From Pseudovirgaria hyperparasitica (lineage: Eukaryota), in the NCBI GenBank assembly GCA_010093815.1, contig ML996572.1: 64,000 nt of DNA. One strand, given 5' to 3'. Positions within the stretch are counted from its first letter, which is position 1. Every line of letters starts with the position of its first letter. Shown in pieces: positions 48,734-60,831 of this stretch. Made by a program: the position numbers and the translations under genes. The notes under the pieces were generated by a model that saw nothing but the letters and a program-made list of their open reading frames with translations, was not told where the DNA came from and searched no databases.

Positions 48734-50816
48734 ATGGCTTCTAACCTCGCTCACGACCAGCACAGTGCCGTCTTCGACGACAAGGCCTACCGCAGACCCT
48801 CCAAGCAGCCAAGCATAGCGAACCGCGACCATGTCGACTCCGACGTCAACTCGGCCGACGACGTGCTCGAGGCCATGGGCTATACCTCTGAGCTGAAGCG
48901 CACGCGCTCGACCTTTCACGTCATCTTCATGTCCTTCGTGCTCGCCTCCATCCCATACGGTCTGGCAACGACCTTCTTCTACCCGTTGATCGCCGGCGGT
49001 CCCGCCAACATCATCTGGGGCTGGGTCACGGTATCGTGCATCATCCTCTGCGTGGCCGCGTCGCTGGGCGAGATTACGTCCGTGTATCCTTGCGCCGGCG
49101 GGGTCTACTACCAGACCTTCATGATCGCCCCGCCGAGCATGAAGAGGATTGCGTCGTGGATCTGCGGCTGGGCCTTTGTCGTGGGAAACATTACCATTAC
49201 GCTTGCTGTCAACTTTGGAACCTCGCTCTTCCTGATTGCCTGCATCAACGTGTTTGAGAGTGAGCCCGGCGTGGGCATCCTTGCCGGTGAGCCCTATCAG
49301 GTCTATCTCATCTTCCTGGGCATCACCCTGCTGTGCAATGCCGTGTCCGCGCTGGGAAACCGGTATCTGCACTGGCTTGATGTACGTCCCTCCTCCTCCC
49401 CCGTCCCTCTAACCCTTTTTTTTTCCGTAGCTCCTCTTATTAAAACTTTGAAATTATTTCAGACTTTTGCCATCTTTTGGACACTCGCTGGGTTGATCGC
49501 CATTGTTGTGACCGTGCTCGCCATCGCCAAGAACGGTAGACATTCCGCCAGTTATGTGTTTGGGGAGTTTGACCCGTCCAATTCTGGATGGGGCAGTGCT
49601 GGTTGGTCGTTCTGTGTGGGCCTCTTGCAGGCTGCGTATGCGACTTCGTCGACTGGAATGATTGTCTCGTGAGCCTCTCTCTCCCTACGCGCCTTTTGCC
49701 AGACGCAGCCTTTTTTTTCCTCCTGATGCACCGTCAACACCACTCCGACTACGAGTCCAGAAAGCAACTGGGGGGTTTTTATTTTCCCAATGCGCCGAAT
49801 CCGATTGCGACCACCCCCTTTTCTTTCTGTCCCAACGCGCCACTGCTTGTCGCTTGTTGTCCATATGCGCCATTTTTCTGCTTTCTCAAGCTCTGGTCTT
49901 ACAATAGACGGCTTGGCCCCTTACTTTGATAAACGGTGGCTGACATCTGTCTTAGTATGTGCGAAGAAGTCAAGTACCCAGCAACCCAAGTCCCGAAAGC
50001 CATGGTCGCCACCATCGTCATCAACACCTTTGCCGGTCTCCTCTTCCTCATCCCGCTCACCTTTGTCCTTCCTGACATCCCTGAGCTGGTTGCCCTCCAA
50101 TCCGGCCAGCCCGTGCCATCCATCATCAAGTCCGCAATCGGCTCTTCTGGCGGCGCCATCGGTGTACTCACACCACTCCTCGTTCTCGGTCTGTTCTGTG
50201 GTGTCGGATGCACGACCGCCGCATCACGCTCAGTCTGGGGCTTCAGCCGTGACGGTGCCATCCCCGGCTCGAGGCTGTGGCGCTCTGTAAACCACAAGCT
50301 CGACGTCCCGCTCAACGCCATGATGCTCAGCATGGCAGTGCAGTTGATCCTGGGCCTGATCTACTTTGGCTCTGCGGCCGCATACAATGCCTTCTCGGGC
50401 GTTGGTGTCATTTGCTTGACGACCTCGTACATGGTGCCCATTGCCGTCAGCTTGCTCGGCAGGCGTGCGCACCTCAAGGATGCAAAGTTCAAGCTTGGCC
50501 CCCTGGGCATTTTCTGCAATATCGTTGCCATCGGTATGTACTCTGCACTTGCACGAGACTGTGAATGAATCGACTGACACCTGGAACAGCCTGGTCCCTT
50601 CTTGCCATCCCCCTCTTCTGCATGCCTTCGTACCTGCCCGTCTCCGCACAAACCATGAACTACGCCTCCGTCGTCTTTGTCGCTTTCCTCCTCATCTCCG
50701 CGCTGTGGTATGTCGTCTGGGGCAAGCGGAACTACCAGGGCCCACCGATCCAGGATGAAGACCAAGTCACGCAGAGGAAGGCAAGCATCAGCGCCGGCGG
50801 TCCGGTCGAACTATAG
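48734..50816 (+). CDS. APC-superfamily amino acid/GABA/choline/polyamine permease
   Basis: LEAMGYTSELKR, GGPANIIWGW, SLGEITSVYPCAGGVY, S|MCEEVKYP, SRSVWGFSRDGAIP, MNYASVVF. Introns 49382-49462, 49669-49954, ~50534-50589. Confidence 0.92.
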
Positions 50817-51228
50817 AGACACAGCTCCGTCATACCGTTGACCTGCCCGTCCGTGTACATGTACATATATATAGTGGTGGATTAATCGGGATAAGTAGCT
50901 TTGTGCAATGAGATACCCCAGTCGTCAGTCTATGTTGGAGCATGTCGCGCGTGTGTGTGTGACTGCGTGTGGAATGAGTTGTGAATAGTGCTACTGTGCC
51001 GCAACTCGCAGACACCACACACAGTGTAGTGAATGAATCAAGCTGTGATGGCAAGTTTGTGGGCGGTATCAGATATACGTGACTGGGGACGTGCTGGCGG
51101 ATCTGACATCGCATGTGTGCAGACGGGCCGACCCATCTCCAACTTAATTACTCGGATCGTCATCTCGATCGTGATCTCACTTCAGCTAGCATCCACTTCC
51201 TCAGATCTGGAAAATAGAGTAGCTTGTC

Positions 51229-52965
51229 ATGCTGTTATATCCATGGTCTTGTGCGGTCCTTGCACTGCTCCTCGCAGACAATGTCTCGTCCGAGAACGCT
51301 CACGCCAAGCTCCACCAACATGCTCAGCAGCCCATGATAAAGTCGACTCCGAAGAGGGTGGCCATCATAGGTATCTAATCCCCAGAGCCTGTCATCTACC
51401 GAGCTTCTGCACAGACTAACAGATACCAGGTGCGGGCGCAGGAGGCTCGTCGACTGCATATCACCTCCACCAATTCGCCGCCGCAGCAGGGATCCCCATC
51501 GACATCACCATCTTCGAGAAGAATCCCTACATAGGCGGCCGCACCACCACCGTCAACGCATGGGACACGCCCGGCGAGCCCATCGAGCTCGGCGGCGCCA
51601 TCTTCGTCAAAGCAAACAAGATCATGGTCGAAGCTGCCCAGGCCTTCAACCTCACCGCCACCAAGCTGTCGTCCGTCAAGCCCCCGTCCGGCACCTCGAA
51701 CGCCCCGGAACTCGGCGTCTGGAACGGAGAGGAGTTTGTCTTTGAGCAGACCGGGAGCTGGTGGGATGTGCCCAAACTGCTGTGGCGGTACGGGTACGCG
51801 CCCGTTCGCACGAACAACCTGGTCAAGGACGTCATGGCCAGGTTCTTGAGGATGTACGAGGCGCCCGTGTTTCCGTGGACGAGTCTGTCGGATGTGGCGT
51901 ATGAGCTCGGACTTACGGAGGCCACGGCCGTGACTGGGGAGCAGTATCTGCAGGCGAATGGCGTGGGGAAGTTGTTTGCAGATGAGATCGTGCAGGCGAG
52001 GTAAGATGTCGATACAGTTGAATGTCCTAGCAGAGCTGACGACGATGAGCAGCACGCGCGTGAATTACGCCCAGAACCTGCCTGTCATTCACGGTCTCGA
52101 CACCATGGTCAGCATGGCAGCTCAGGGCGCCATGTCCATCGACGGCGGCAACTGGCAGATCTTCGCGAACATGGTCCAGACAGCCGCCGCACACATCCAT
52201 CTCAACACCACCGTCTCCGCCGTCCATCGCGCTGCAAACGGCTCCTTTTCCCTCACCACCACCACCACCTCCTCCTCCACCTCCCTCACCACTCCCCCCT
52301 TCGACACCATCGTCCTCGCCGCCCCCTTCCACTCCTCCTCCATCACATTCTCCCCCAGACTCACACGTCCCCCCGACGCAGTCCCTTACGTCCACCTCCA
52401 CGTCACCCTCTTCGCCTCTCCGCACTCCCTCTCCCCATCCGCATTCAACCTCCCCGCAAACACACCCGTCCCCAAAACCATCCTCACCACCCTCCGCCAC
52501 ACGGCCGACACCAACTCCACCACCACACCCCCCTTCTACAGCATAAGCACCCTCCGCCACGCCCCAAACCCCCAATCCCACACCCGCGAAGCCCTCTACA
52601 AAATCTTCTCCCCTGCCCCCATCTCAGACGCTTACATTGCACACCTCCTCGGTCTCGGCCCATCTCCTCCGTCCTCATCGCCACAGTCCCAATCAGACTA
52701 CAACCTCGCACCCCGGGACGTATCCTGGCTGAAGCGGCACGAATGGGACAGCTACCCGATCGCGTTTCCGCGCGTGTCGTTTGAGGAGTTGTGGTTGGGT
52801 ATGGATGTGGATGTGGATGTGGATGTGGATGTGGATGGGCATGCGGGCGGGGTGTGGTATACGAGTGGGATGGAGGGGTTTATTTCGACGATGGAGACGA
52901 GTGCGTTGGTGGGGATGGATGTGGCGAGGTTGGTTGTTGATGGGTGGGGGGGTGAGAGGGGGTGA
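51229..52965 (+). CDS. Prenylcysteine oxidase/lyase (FAD-dependent) with N-terminal signal peptide
   Basis: RVAII|GAGAGGSS, IELGGAIFV..N, A|STRVNYAQN, GGNWQIF, PYVHLHVTL, YTSGMEGFISTMETSAL. Introns 51371-51429 and ~52001-52052. Confidence 0.9.
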
Positions 52966-53421
52966 GGGGTGAGGAGTGAGGAGTGAGGATGGGAGGGTTT
53001 GTGAGGTGTGGTGGTTGGGTTGAGTGGGGCTGTGTATGTGTGTGTATGTGTGTATGTATGGATGGATCGCGATGGATGTTCGTTGTAGCAGGTCAATCGC
53101 ATAATATTTTACATATCGTCTGCTCGCTACTCAAAACGACGGAAACACGACATCCAAATCCCAAGCCCAAATCCCAAGCCCAAGCCCAAACGTGTAGCAT
53201 CCAAACGTTCACAAACCCACCACACAGTCAAGGCCTTGAGTTCTCTCACTCTCTCTTACTATGAACATGCTGGGCTGGCTGGCTGGCTGGGGAATTAACT
53301 TGGCGGGAGGTGTTTTGATGCGGATATGTAGGTCTGTATATGCGTATAGATATATATATATGCGTATGGGTGTGTAGGTTAGTAAGTAAGATATAGTTAC
53401 TATATAGTATATATAAGAAAT

Positions 53422-53517
<96 letters not shown>

Positions 53518-53532
53518 TACTACTTCTACTAC
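53422..53532. repeat. Long (TAC)n microsatellite
   Basis: ~37 TAC units with two TTC interruptions. Confidence 0.97.
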
Positions 53533-53539
53533 TAGAAGG

Positions 53540-54290
53540 AAGAAGAAGACGAAGAAGAAGAGAAAGAGGAGGGGAAAGACACTACTACTATAGCTATTAC
53601 AAGATAGAAGATGTAATATTTATCTTTCGTATATACCGTGTCATTAGACGGCACGTGGAGTAGTCCGCTATATATATATATGTGTTTGTTTGTGTGTTCG
53701 AAAATTATGTTAATATTAGGGAAGAGATCGAGGTAATAATATATCAAACTATATTCTCTCTCTCTCCCTTATATATATACTTAATTCTAGTCCAAAGTAC
53801 TATATCTATCGTAAAATCCCGTTACAATAATACGAATACAGCCACGCCAAACGCATCGTTGCAACGAGAATATCATAAGAACGGATTAGCTTTCTAGTGA
53901 AACCTCGATTTCGTTATCGAGAATTATATTATCGTACTAAGAATATTACTATAAACGGGTATAGTAAAAACGAGGTTTATATATATGAGAACAACGGTAT
54001 AACGTAAAAATAGAATTTAACTATATGTCTATGTCTAAAGGCTAGACTTTAGATAGCTTACTTACTTACTTAGATATATATAGACTCTATATACTCTTTC
54101 GTATCAATTCTACTAGCTCTTACGAGATGTTAAGATGGACCTATATAAACATCGATGTTAAGATAGATAAGTAGAATATACTTATGCTATTGTTTAAATA
54201 ACTATAGTCATAGAGCGAGAGATTCGAATAGCCGTATTCTTTCTTCTAAGCATTCGTAATAATCCTCGACCGGTATAGAAAGACTTGACG
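53540..54290. other. AT-rich, TpA-rich degenerate tract (probable RIP-mutated repeat relic)
   Basis: Abrupt drop in GC with abundant TA/TATA and visibly few CA/TG relative to flanks; no credible ORF. Judged by eye. Confidence 0.6.
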
Positions 54291-55975
54291 CTTGAGGCAT
54301 GTCTCAACTGCGTCAGTTGGCCTGAAGATTAACGCGATGACTAGTTGTAGTGAGGAGCCGTGCGTCAGTCAACGGTGCCACGGTGGGTGACAGCTCAGCG
54401 ACACAACGGCGCGATCCTTCGAAGCCATTGAGAGCCGAGATACTGCTCCCGTCCTAGCATGCTCCACATTCCTTCGCCGGGCAAGAGCGCTCGGCATTCG
54501 GTACATGCGATATGTATGGCATTGTCGTCGATGGATGAGCGCGTCCAGCTTACATGTATGTATTACGCGCATCCTACAGGTAGCTGCTGGTTATGCCTGC
54601 AAGCCGGATAAACCACACGCTCACTTAGCCAGCGGTTCATTGACCAGACGGAAAGCAATCCTCAATTACTCATCCTAACCTGTTCAGGCTTGGGTGAGAG
54701 ACCTGAACACCCAGCACAGAAATTTGGCTCTCATGATGTAGGTGGACAGGAGTTTTGAAATGTCGGACAAAGCCACCCATGAAACTCGCGCTTCCAAAGG
54801 TTAGATTCCAAAGATTCCAAAGCCAATCTATTTCCCGGGCCACCAGTACCAGTACCAGTGCCAGCATGCTGCGCTACAACTTTGGTCGAGTCGTCCGTGC
54901 TTCATGGATATGGCTGCATGTATTATCGATAAGGAACGATATTATCGAAAGGGGAGCTTGGTGACATGGGGAGATGTGTGGGTCATTATGTCAGACTCTG
55001 TTATATCATATCTGTTGCTGAGGCGGCGGATGGGCCGGAAGATGTGACGACCTGGACTTCAATATTTTCGATGACCAGAAAGAGAACAAGGCCAGGGCAG
55101 GTGTCGATGCGAGGTTGGCTGGGAATGTTAACGCCAAGCGGGAAGAAGCACATCACGATCACGTGCAGAGCCGGTAGCGGACTAGCGTGACGCGTGTCAA
55201 CGATTGTTTTGTGCATGGTAGAATGGCTAAGTGGTAACGTTGTATAGATAACGGGTTATGTCAGGGCTTGGCAAAAGGTCATTCGACGCGTTTTCCACAT
55301 AACAGGCACAGCTGTATGGGGCATCTTTAAGCTGTACGACGATTACGATAGGGTCATAGAGCTTCTAACTAAGCAGAGGGACGAGCCTTGTGTCAATGTC
55401 GATACGTCTTATTATTGACTATAATAAGGACATGCACAGGGTTATCAGCGTCGGCAGAGTGAGACACAAGAACAAGGAAGCGAAAGAGTGCGAGGGGAGG
55501 TCTGTATTCGATACGGTAGTCACTAATATTACGGTAATTTATGCAGGATCCGGGCGGATTCATGTATCGGGCCGTTGCTGGAGCGCAAATCTTCATTTCA
55601 GACTTTTTAACACTGAAAGTGAAACGCCCAAGGCCGGAGTACGACGACAACACGCCCTGTGCTGGGCTGCTGGTGTCGCAAAGAAAGGTCAGGTGCAGCA
55701 ATTTAGTCATGAAAGAACAGCAGCGCTGTCTGCAAACGAACGAACAAAGTGCTCACTCTTAACAATGGCCCCCAAACACAAGACAATGCGAACAGAACAG
55801 AACAGAGAGCGGGATAATTGGTAACAAAGTGGGAGCGGGAGTCTGGAGAGTGAAAAGGCCGCGGCTCTCTTGTTGTGTGTGGATTGTGCAGGCGGACAGA
55901 AGACAGCTGATTGGCTCGATGGCCGGTTCCTGACAAGGGGTTGGCTGCATTCGGTTCCTGACTAGAGCGAAGGCG

Positions 55976-56029
55976 GAGTTGTGCGAGTTGTGCGAATTGT
56001 GCGTGTTATGCGAGTTGTGCGAGTTGTGC
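55976..56029. repeat. 9-bp tandem repeat (GAGTTGTGC)x6, two units degenerate
   Basis: gagttgtgc gagttgtgc gaattgtgc gtgttatgc gagttgtgc gagttgtgc. Confidence 0.9.
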
Positions 56030-56780
56030 GTGCAGTGCTGAGCCACCGGTGCTTTCATTTCCTCTCCTGACCCTCTCCCCAAACTCCCAAACTCCCCCAA
56101 TCCTGCTCCCCAAAGCCTCGCATTGCCCCCCAAAGCCCCCAATTCCTCTCCTCCAGACTTGCACCCACTCACGCTTGCTCCACCCGCACTCATTCTCTCT
56201 CCCTTCCACTCATCACACATACACACCACTCTCTCACATACACTCACGCTCATTCATCTTCTTCATCCCTTCACTCACTCACACTGCTTTGTCTTCGTCG
56301 TGCTCGCTTTTTGATGCCGACGACCCACGCTCGCTGTCCCCCTTGACAACCGTTCTTTCGCCTGCTGCTCTTTTGCTCAGACACCCTGAAATCTCGGTCC
56401 TCCACACGGCTCGAAGGGGCTTACACCTGACGCGAAACACTGCAGACCCGATCAAGGCCTCCTTCACTCAACCTCCATCGTTTCAGACCTCTCACTTCGG
56501 CCTCGTTGATCGAGCAACTACCTCTTGACAACACCCTTTCTCCATCATCGTCAATACCGACAACGTCTCGTGGCATCTAGAAGCGCGTGATCGAAAAGAA
56601 CGAGGAGGGAGATTTGATTTGGACCTTTGCTCGATAATACTACTATCGACTGGTTCGATTTAATACAGGTGTGCCTCGACGCTCCGCTCAAACGTCATCG
56701 AGATCATCTCACTGATCATCCAACGCAAGATTGCTGGTGTCACGACTTGGCCAACACTGCTATCCACATACCGCTTCAAT

Positions 56781-57701
56781 ATGGTGTCGTTCATACTCAA
56801 GACTGCCTTTCTGGCAGCATCTTTAATACAACAGGCTGTATCTCAGTCAACTGCTCCGACTCCCATTGCCACACCGACCTCCCATCCTCAACTGATAGCA
56901 CCCAAGTACAGAGGATGTTTCGACAACCCAGGGCCCCTGGTGGATTATGGCCCAGCAATATACCAATCAACAGGCAATTGTGCCCCAATCTGTGCTGGAT
57001 TAAAGAAGCCGATCATGGCCTTGGTCGACGGATCGAATTGCTGGTGTGGTGATTTTCTACCTCCAAAGAGCTCGCAGACTTCCGACGATGAGTGTCGTAC
57101 ACCATGCCAGGGATATGACGTAGAGACATGTATGTGGATTGGATTGAGAAATGCTTAATCATGATGTTAACACAATCTAGGTGGTGGTAATGCGCACTGG
57201 GCTGTCTTTCAGGATGGCTTGAACGGTAACACCATAGACTACTATGAGCCATCGACCTCAAGCTCTGCTCCGCCCACAGGAGCGACTGGCGGCACCACTG
57301 TCGTCCAGACTGTACCAGGAAGTGTTCAGACGGAAACATCAGCCCCAACAAAAAGTCCAGAGAATGGATCCAACACTGCTGCTATTGCTGCTGGCGTAGT
57401 TGTGGCTGTTCTTGCCGTCGCGGCTATTATCGGAGGAGTTTTCTTCTTCTTGAGGAGGAGAAGGTCGCAACATGAAGCAGAGGCGTACCGACGGCACCAG
57501 TCCATGCAGAGCTTTACACAGAAGCCCCCTCAAACAGCCTCCTCCGATACTCGTCTCGATCCCGAGATCATGATGCGAAGGCAGAGCGATGGCAGTATTG
57601 CAGATAACCAGGACTACTCCCGACGAATTCTCCAGGTAAATTACGACTATCCGTTTGTTCCTTTTGACCGTGACTGACTTGTCCAGGTTCGCAACTTCTA
57701 A
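56781..57701 (+). CDS. WSC-domain cell-wall integrity sensor (Wsc1-like)
   Basis: Signal peptide; WSC domain YRGCF...C...C...NCWCG...ECRTPCQGY..ETCGG; S/T stalk; one TM; cytoplasmic SIADNQDYSRRILQ|VRNF. Introns 57130-57180 and 57636-57686. Confidence 0.92.
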
Positions 57702-59205
57702 GGGACATTCCAAACGCTCATGACCACGATTATACATTTATTCCCTCGCTGCACCACACGGCGACGGATCGACGACTTGTGGCACTATGACGGAATCATC
57801 TGGCGGTCCGTGTATTCATCGACGTAACCACCCTAGAAAACAATCTACATCCTCGCTTGTATCATGTCCACGACCTTCTCCACAATCCTTTAGCGACGTC
57901 ATCTTCGCACCTCCACAGCCTTACGACGCATCTATGCGCCTTACTTTTCTCTCTATGGTAGATTTCTTGAACTCAATGTACCGGAAGCATGATGCTTTGA
58001 TGGTCACCCGGCGAAGCGGTGTTGGCATGTGGCATGACTCTCGATGAGGGAGCACGCCTGGTATCTTTTCCTTTATGTAGTGGTTTGAAACATGGGAAAT
58101 GGAAATTACTTATGGTGGCTCTATGGATCGGTAGATACTACCAGTGCGAACAATATACTTCATCATTGACGTGCTTGTGCTGTGTCTCGTGACTGGAACT
58201 TTTGCGACATTTTTTTGGTACTTCCATAGGCCAATGAGTCTTGGCCGCTCCTGTTTGACCGGGTACCTGGCTATTAGATGGCGTCCGCATTTTCTACTTG
58301 CCCCTTGTACACCCTTTCTCCGTAAAAACATGCGTAAAACTATTTCTGGACTTTTCTCAAATGTACTGTATATGATGTATCATACATGTATGTATGGAAG
58401 GGCACGAGTTTTTTTTTTATATTTCTTTGCACAGCCACCTCTTTTCTTTCTTCTCTTCGCCGTGCCTCTTCCCCCTTCCTCCGGCTCCCGCGCTTCTATA
58501 TTCTTCTATAACCGACCGGGGGCCTAGCTAATTATATATATATATATATATTGTGAAACGCTTTGCTTGGCTTTGCTTAGCTTTGCTTCGCTTGGACTGT
58601 CGGTTTCAGAAGGAGGATTGGGGGGGTGGATGTGCGCGAGTAAGTGTGTGATTGAGGGAGTGATTGGGTGCAGGTGAGGTGTTTTGTATATGTATGTATA
58701 TAGGTATACTCTTTGATGTCATGCTGTCATGCTGTCATGCTGTCACGCGGAGACTGGGGACTGGGCATGGCATGGCAGGACAGGGTAGGGCAAGGAAGGG
58801 ACAACCTGGGGCAACAAGCAAGGGCAGTGACGTACGTGTCGTGTCTGTCATGGAAATACGTAAATTTTTTTTTATTCTGTTTTTTTTTTCTTTTATCGGA
58901 TTGGACTGAAGGAGCATAGAGGTCGTGTTTTCACTCCATGTTTTCCATCTTCTTTTTTAAGGAAGTTTTTGTATAATTAATAGTTATTGGATATTTGGTA
59001 TGGTCTATTTGGGTTTCGAAAGTAGGTAGGGTATGTAGGTATTTATTTTACTTCATCGTTTATTTGTTTGGTACAATACAATAGAGAGGGCCGATTATGG
59101 TGTTTTTACTTCTTCTGTTTTACCTTTTCTTTTGTCTCTTCCACTTACGGAATCTCTAGTAATGGTACCGTTTTGCGCGCTACGCCCACTCTTTATACGA
59201 CGACT

Positions 59206-60831
59206 TCACTTGCAGCGCTTCTCCACGATGTTGGCGCCGTGCTCGTCGTATTCTTTCTTTGAGATCCACATCTGTTGGGCGAGAGGTTAGTATATACAGT
59301 AAATGGGAGAAGCTTCTTGTGATATAGATATATAGAGAAAAGGAGACATACCTGGTGGAAGGAGCCTAAGCTGCCTAGGATACTGCCTCCTATCCACGAA
59401 GCATACTTTCGCTCAATCGTGTTTCCGGGCGCGCTCAGCCGGATACGCGGCGAAGGGTACATGCCCTGTAGTTCCGCGTTTAGTCGATCGTTGAAGCCAG
59501 GGAGGAACGAGGATGCACCAGTCACGACTACGTTGTTGAGGAGATGTGGCCGCTGGTCGACGTCGACCTGGTTGAGCGCGGCCTGTATCATAGCCGGGAT
59601 GGTCTGCGCCTTGGTGGGCTTAGCATTCTCGTCATCCTCCAGCGCGGCGGTCTCGTCGAAAAGCCCTTCGGTGACCTTGAACCGATCCAGACCGAACACT
59701 TGGTTCCAACCGTCCGGCATCTCGAATGGACGAGGGGGCTGAGACTTTGCGATCTCCTCGTTCGTGCCGTTGCTGAGCTTGCCTGGGCCTGTCCAGCATT
59801 GTACGACGGATTCTTTGAATTCGGTGAGGACACGCTCTTCTTGTAGGCGGCGATATGAAGCGGGTGGTGCAGTCTCAAACTTCTTGTATGTGGCCTGCGA
59901 GGGAGCTCCTGCGTCGACTGCGGTCTTGGAGGATACCATGTAATGCGGCGTCAGAGGGACTTGGTTCTGTTTGAACATGGCGCGGATTTGATTCGAGACG
60001 AAATTTCCGGCGAGAGGTGACTTTTGTACACCTGTTTCATGGAGGTTAGCTCAGGCCTGCCCGGAGGATGCTCGTAGCTTGCCTTTCTTCATCATGATGC
60101 CATCCACCACGGGCGTCACGGAGGTGATGTTAGCTCCGACATCGACGACTAGCGCTGAAGCCTTGCCTGCTGCGAACCTGTCTGTCTATCAGCGAATGCA
60201 TCCTTTGAAAATCGCGTAGTGGTCACTTACGCTGCTAATACTCCAGACCGTCCTAGCCAGTATGCGGGAACACCCCAATCCTCCATCGCAATCTCGATGT
60301 ATTTCTCTCTTGCTTTCACAGGGTTCCAGCCCGGCTCAGTCATTAAAAGAGGATTCTCTGTTAATGGCTTCTCAACCTCTTCTTGTGCATCTAGCTCCAT
60401 AGCTTCACCGTTGGGGTCATCATTAAGCCCATTCTTCTCCGGGTGTGTAGGCTTCGGTCCGGTCAACCTTGACGTTATCGAGTATTCCCAGAGCTTCGCT
60501 GCGGTATCCCAATCCTCTACGATGCCATCTGCCGACCAAGGGTTCTTGATCTGAAGGTTTGCCTGAGGGCTGTGTATCGCGTTTTCGCCGAAGAATAATC
60601 GTGAATCGCTCGATGAGACGCCGTAGTGTGTGGGTATAACGGACTTTGGCGCGTCCTCGCCCGCAAATCCAGCGCGTGTAGTTGACCAGCCCGGATCCAG
60701 TACGAGGGCAGATACCTCATCTGCAAATGCTATGTTAGTAATCTGTAGCTTCGCGCAGGACAGTGAACGCGTTTGAACGTACCGCCTGCGTATTCGGACA
60801 GTGGCGCCGTGTTCGCATTGGGGACTGCCAT
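59206..60831 (-). CDS. ARP4: Actin-related protein 4 (NuA4/SWR1/INO80 subunit)
   Basis: [77 protein letters not shown]. Introns 60721-60782, 60178-60230, 60032-60082 (GC-AG), 59272-59351. Confidence 0.94.

Noticed and set aside
49669..49954. TPP riboswitch in the long permease intron
   Set aside because: Lacks the CTGAGA and CCTGA...AGCGT/AGGGA aptamer elements.
54300..55900. Hidden gene or pseudogene in the long intergenic gap
   Set aside because: No ORF with recognisable motifs and no consistent splice-site chain found by eye.
55976..56029. CRISPR-like array
   Set aside because: Eukaryotic context; 9-bp contiguous tandem units with no spacers.
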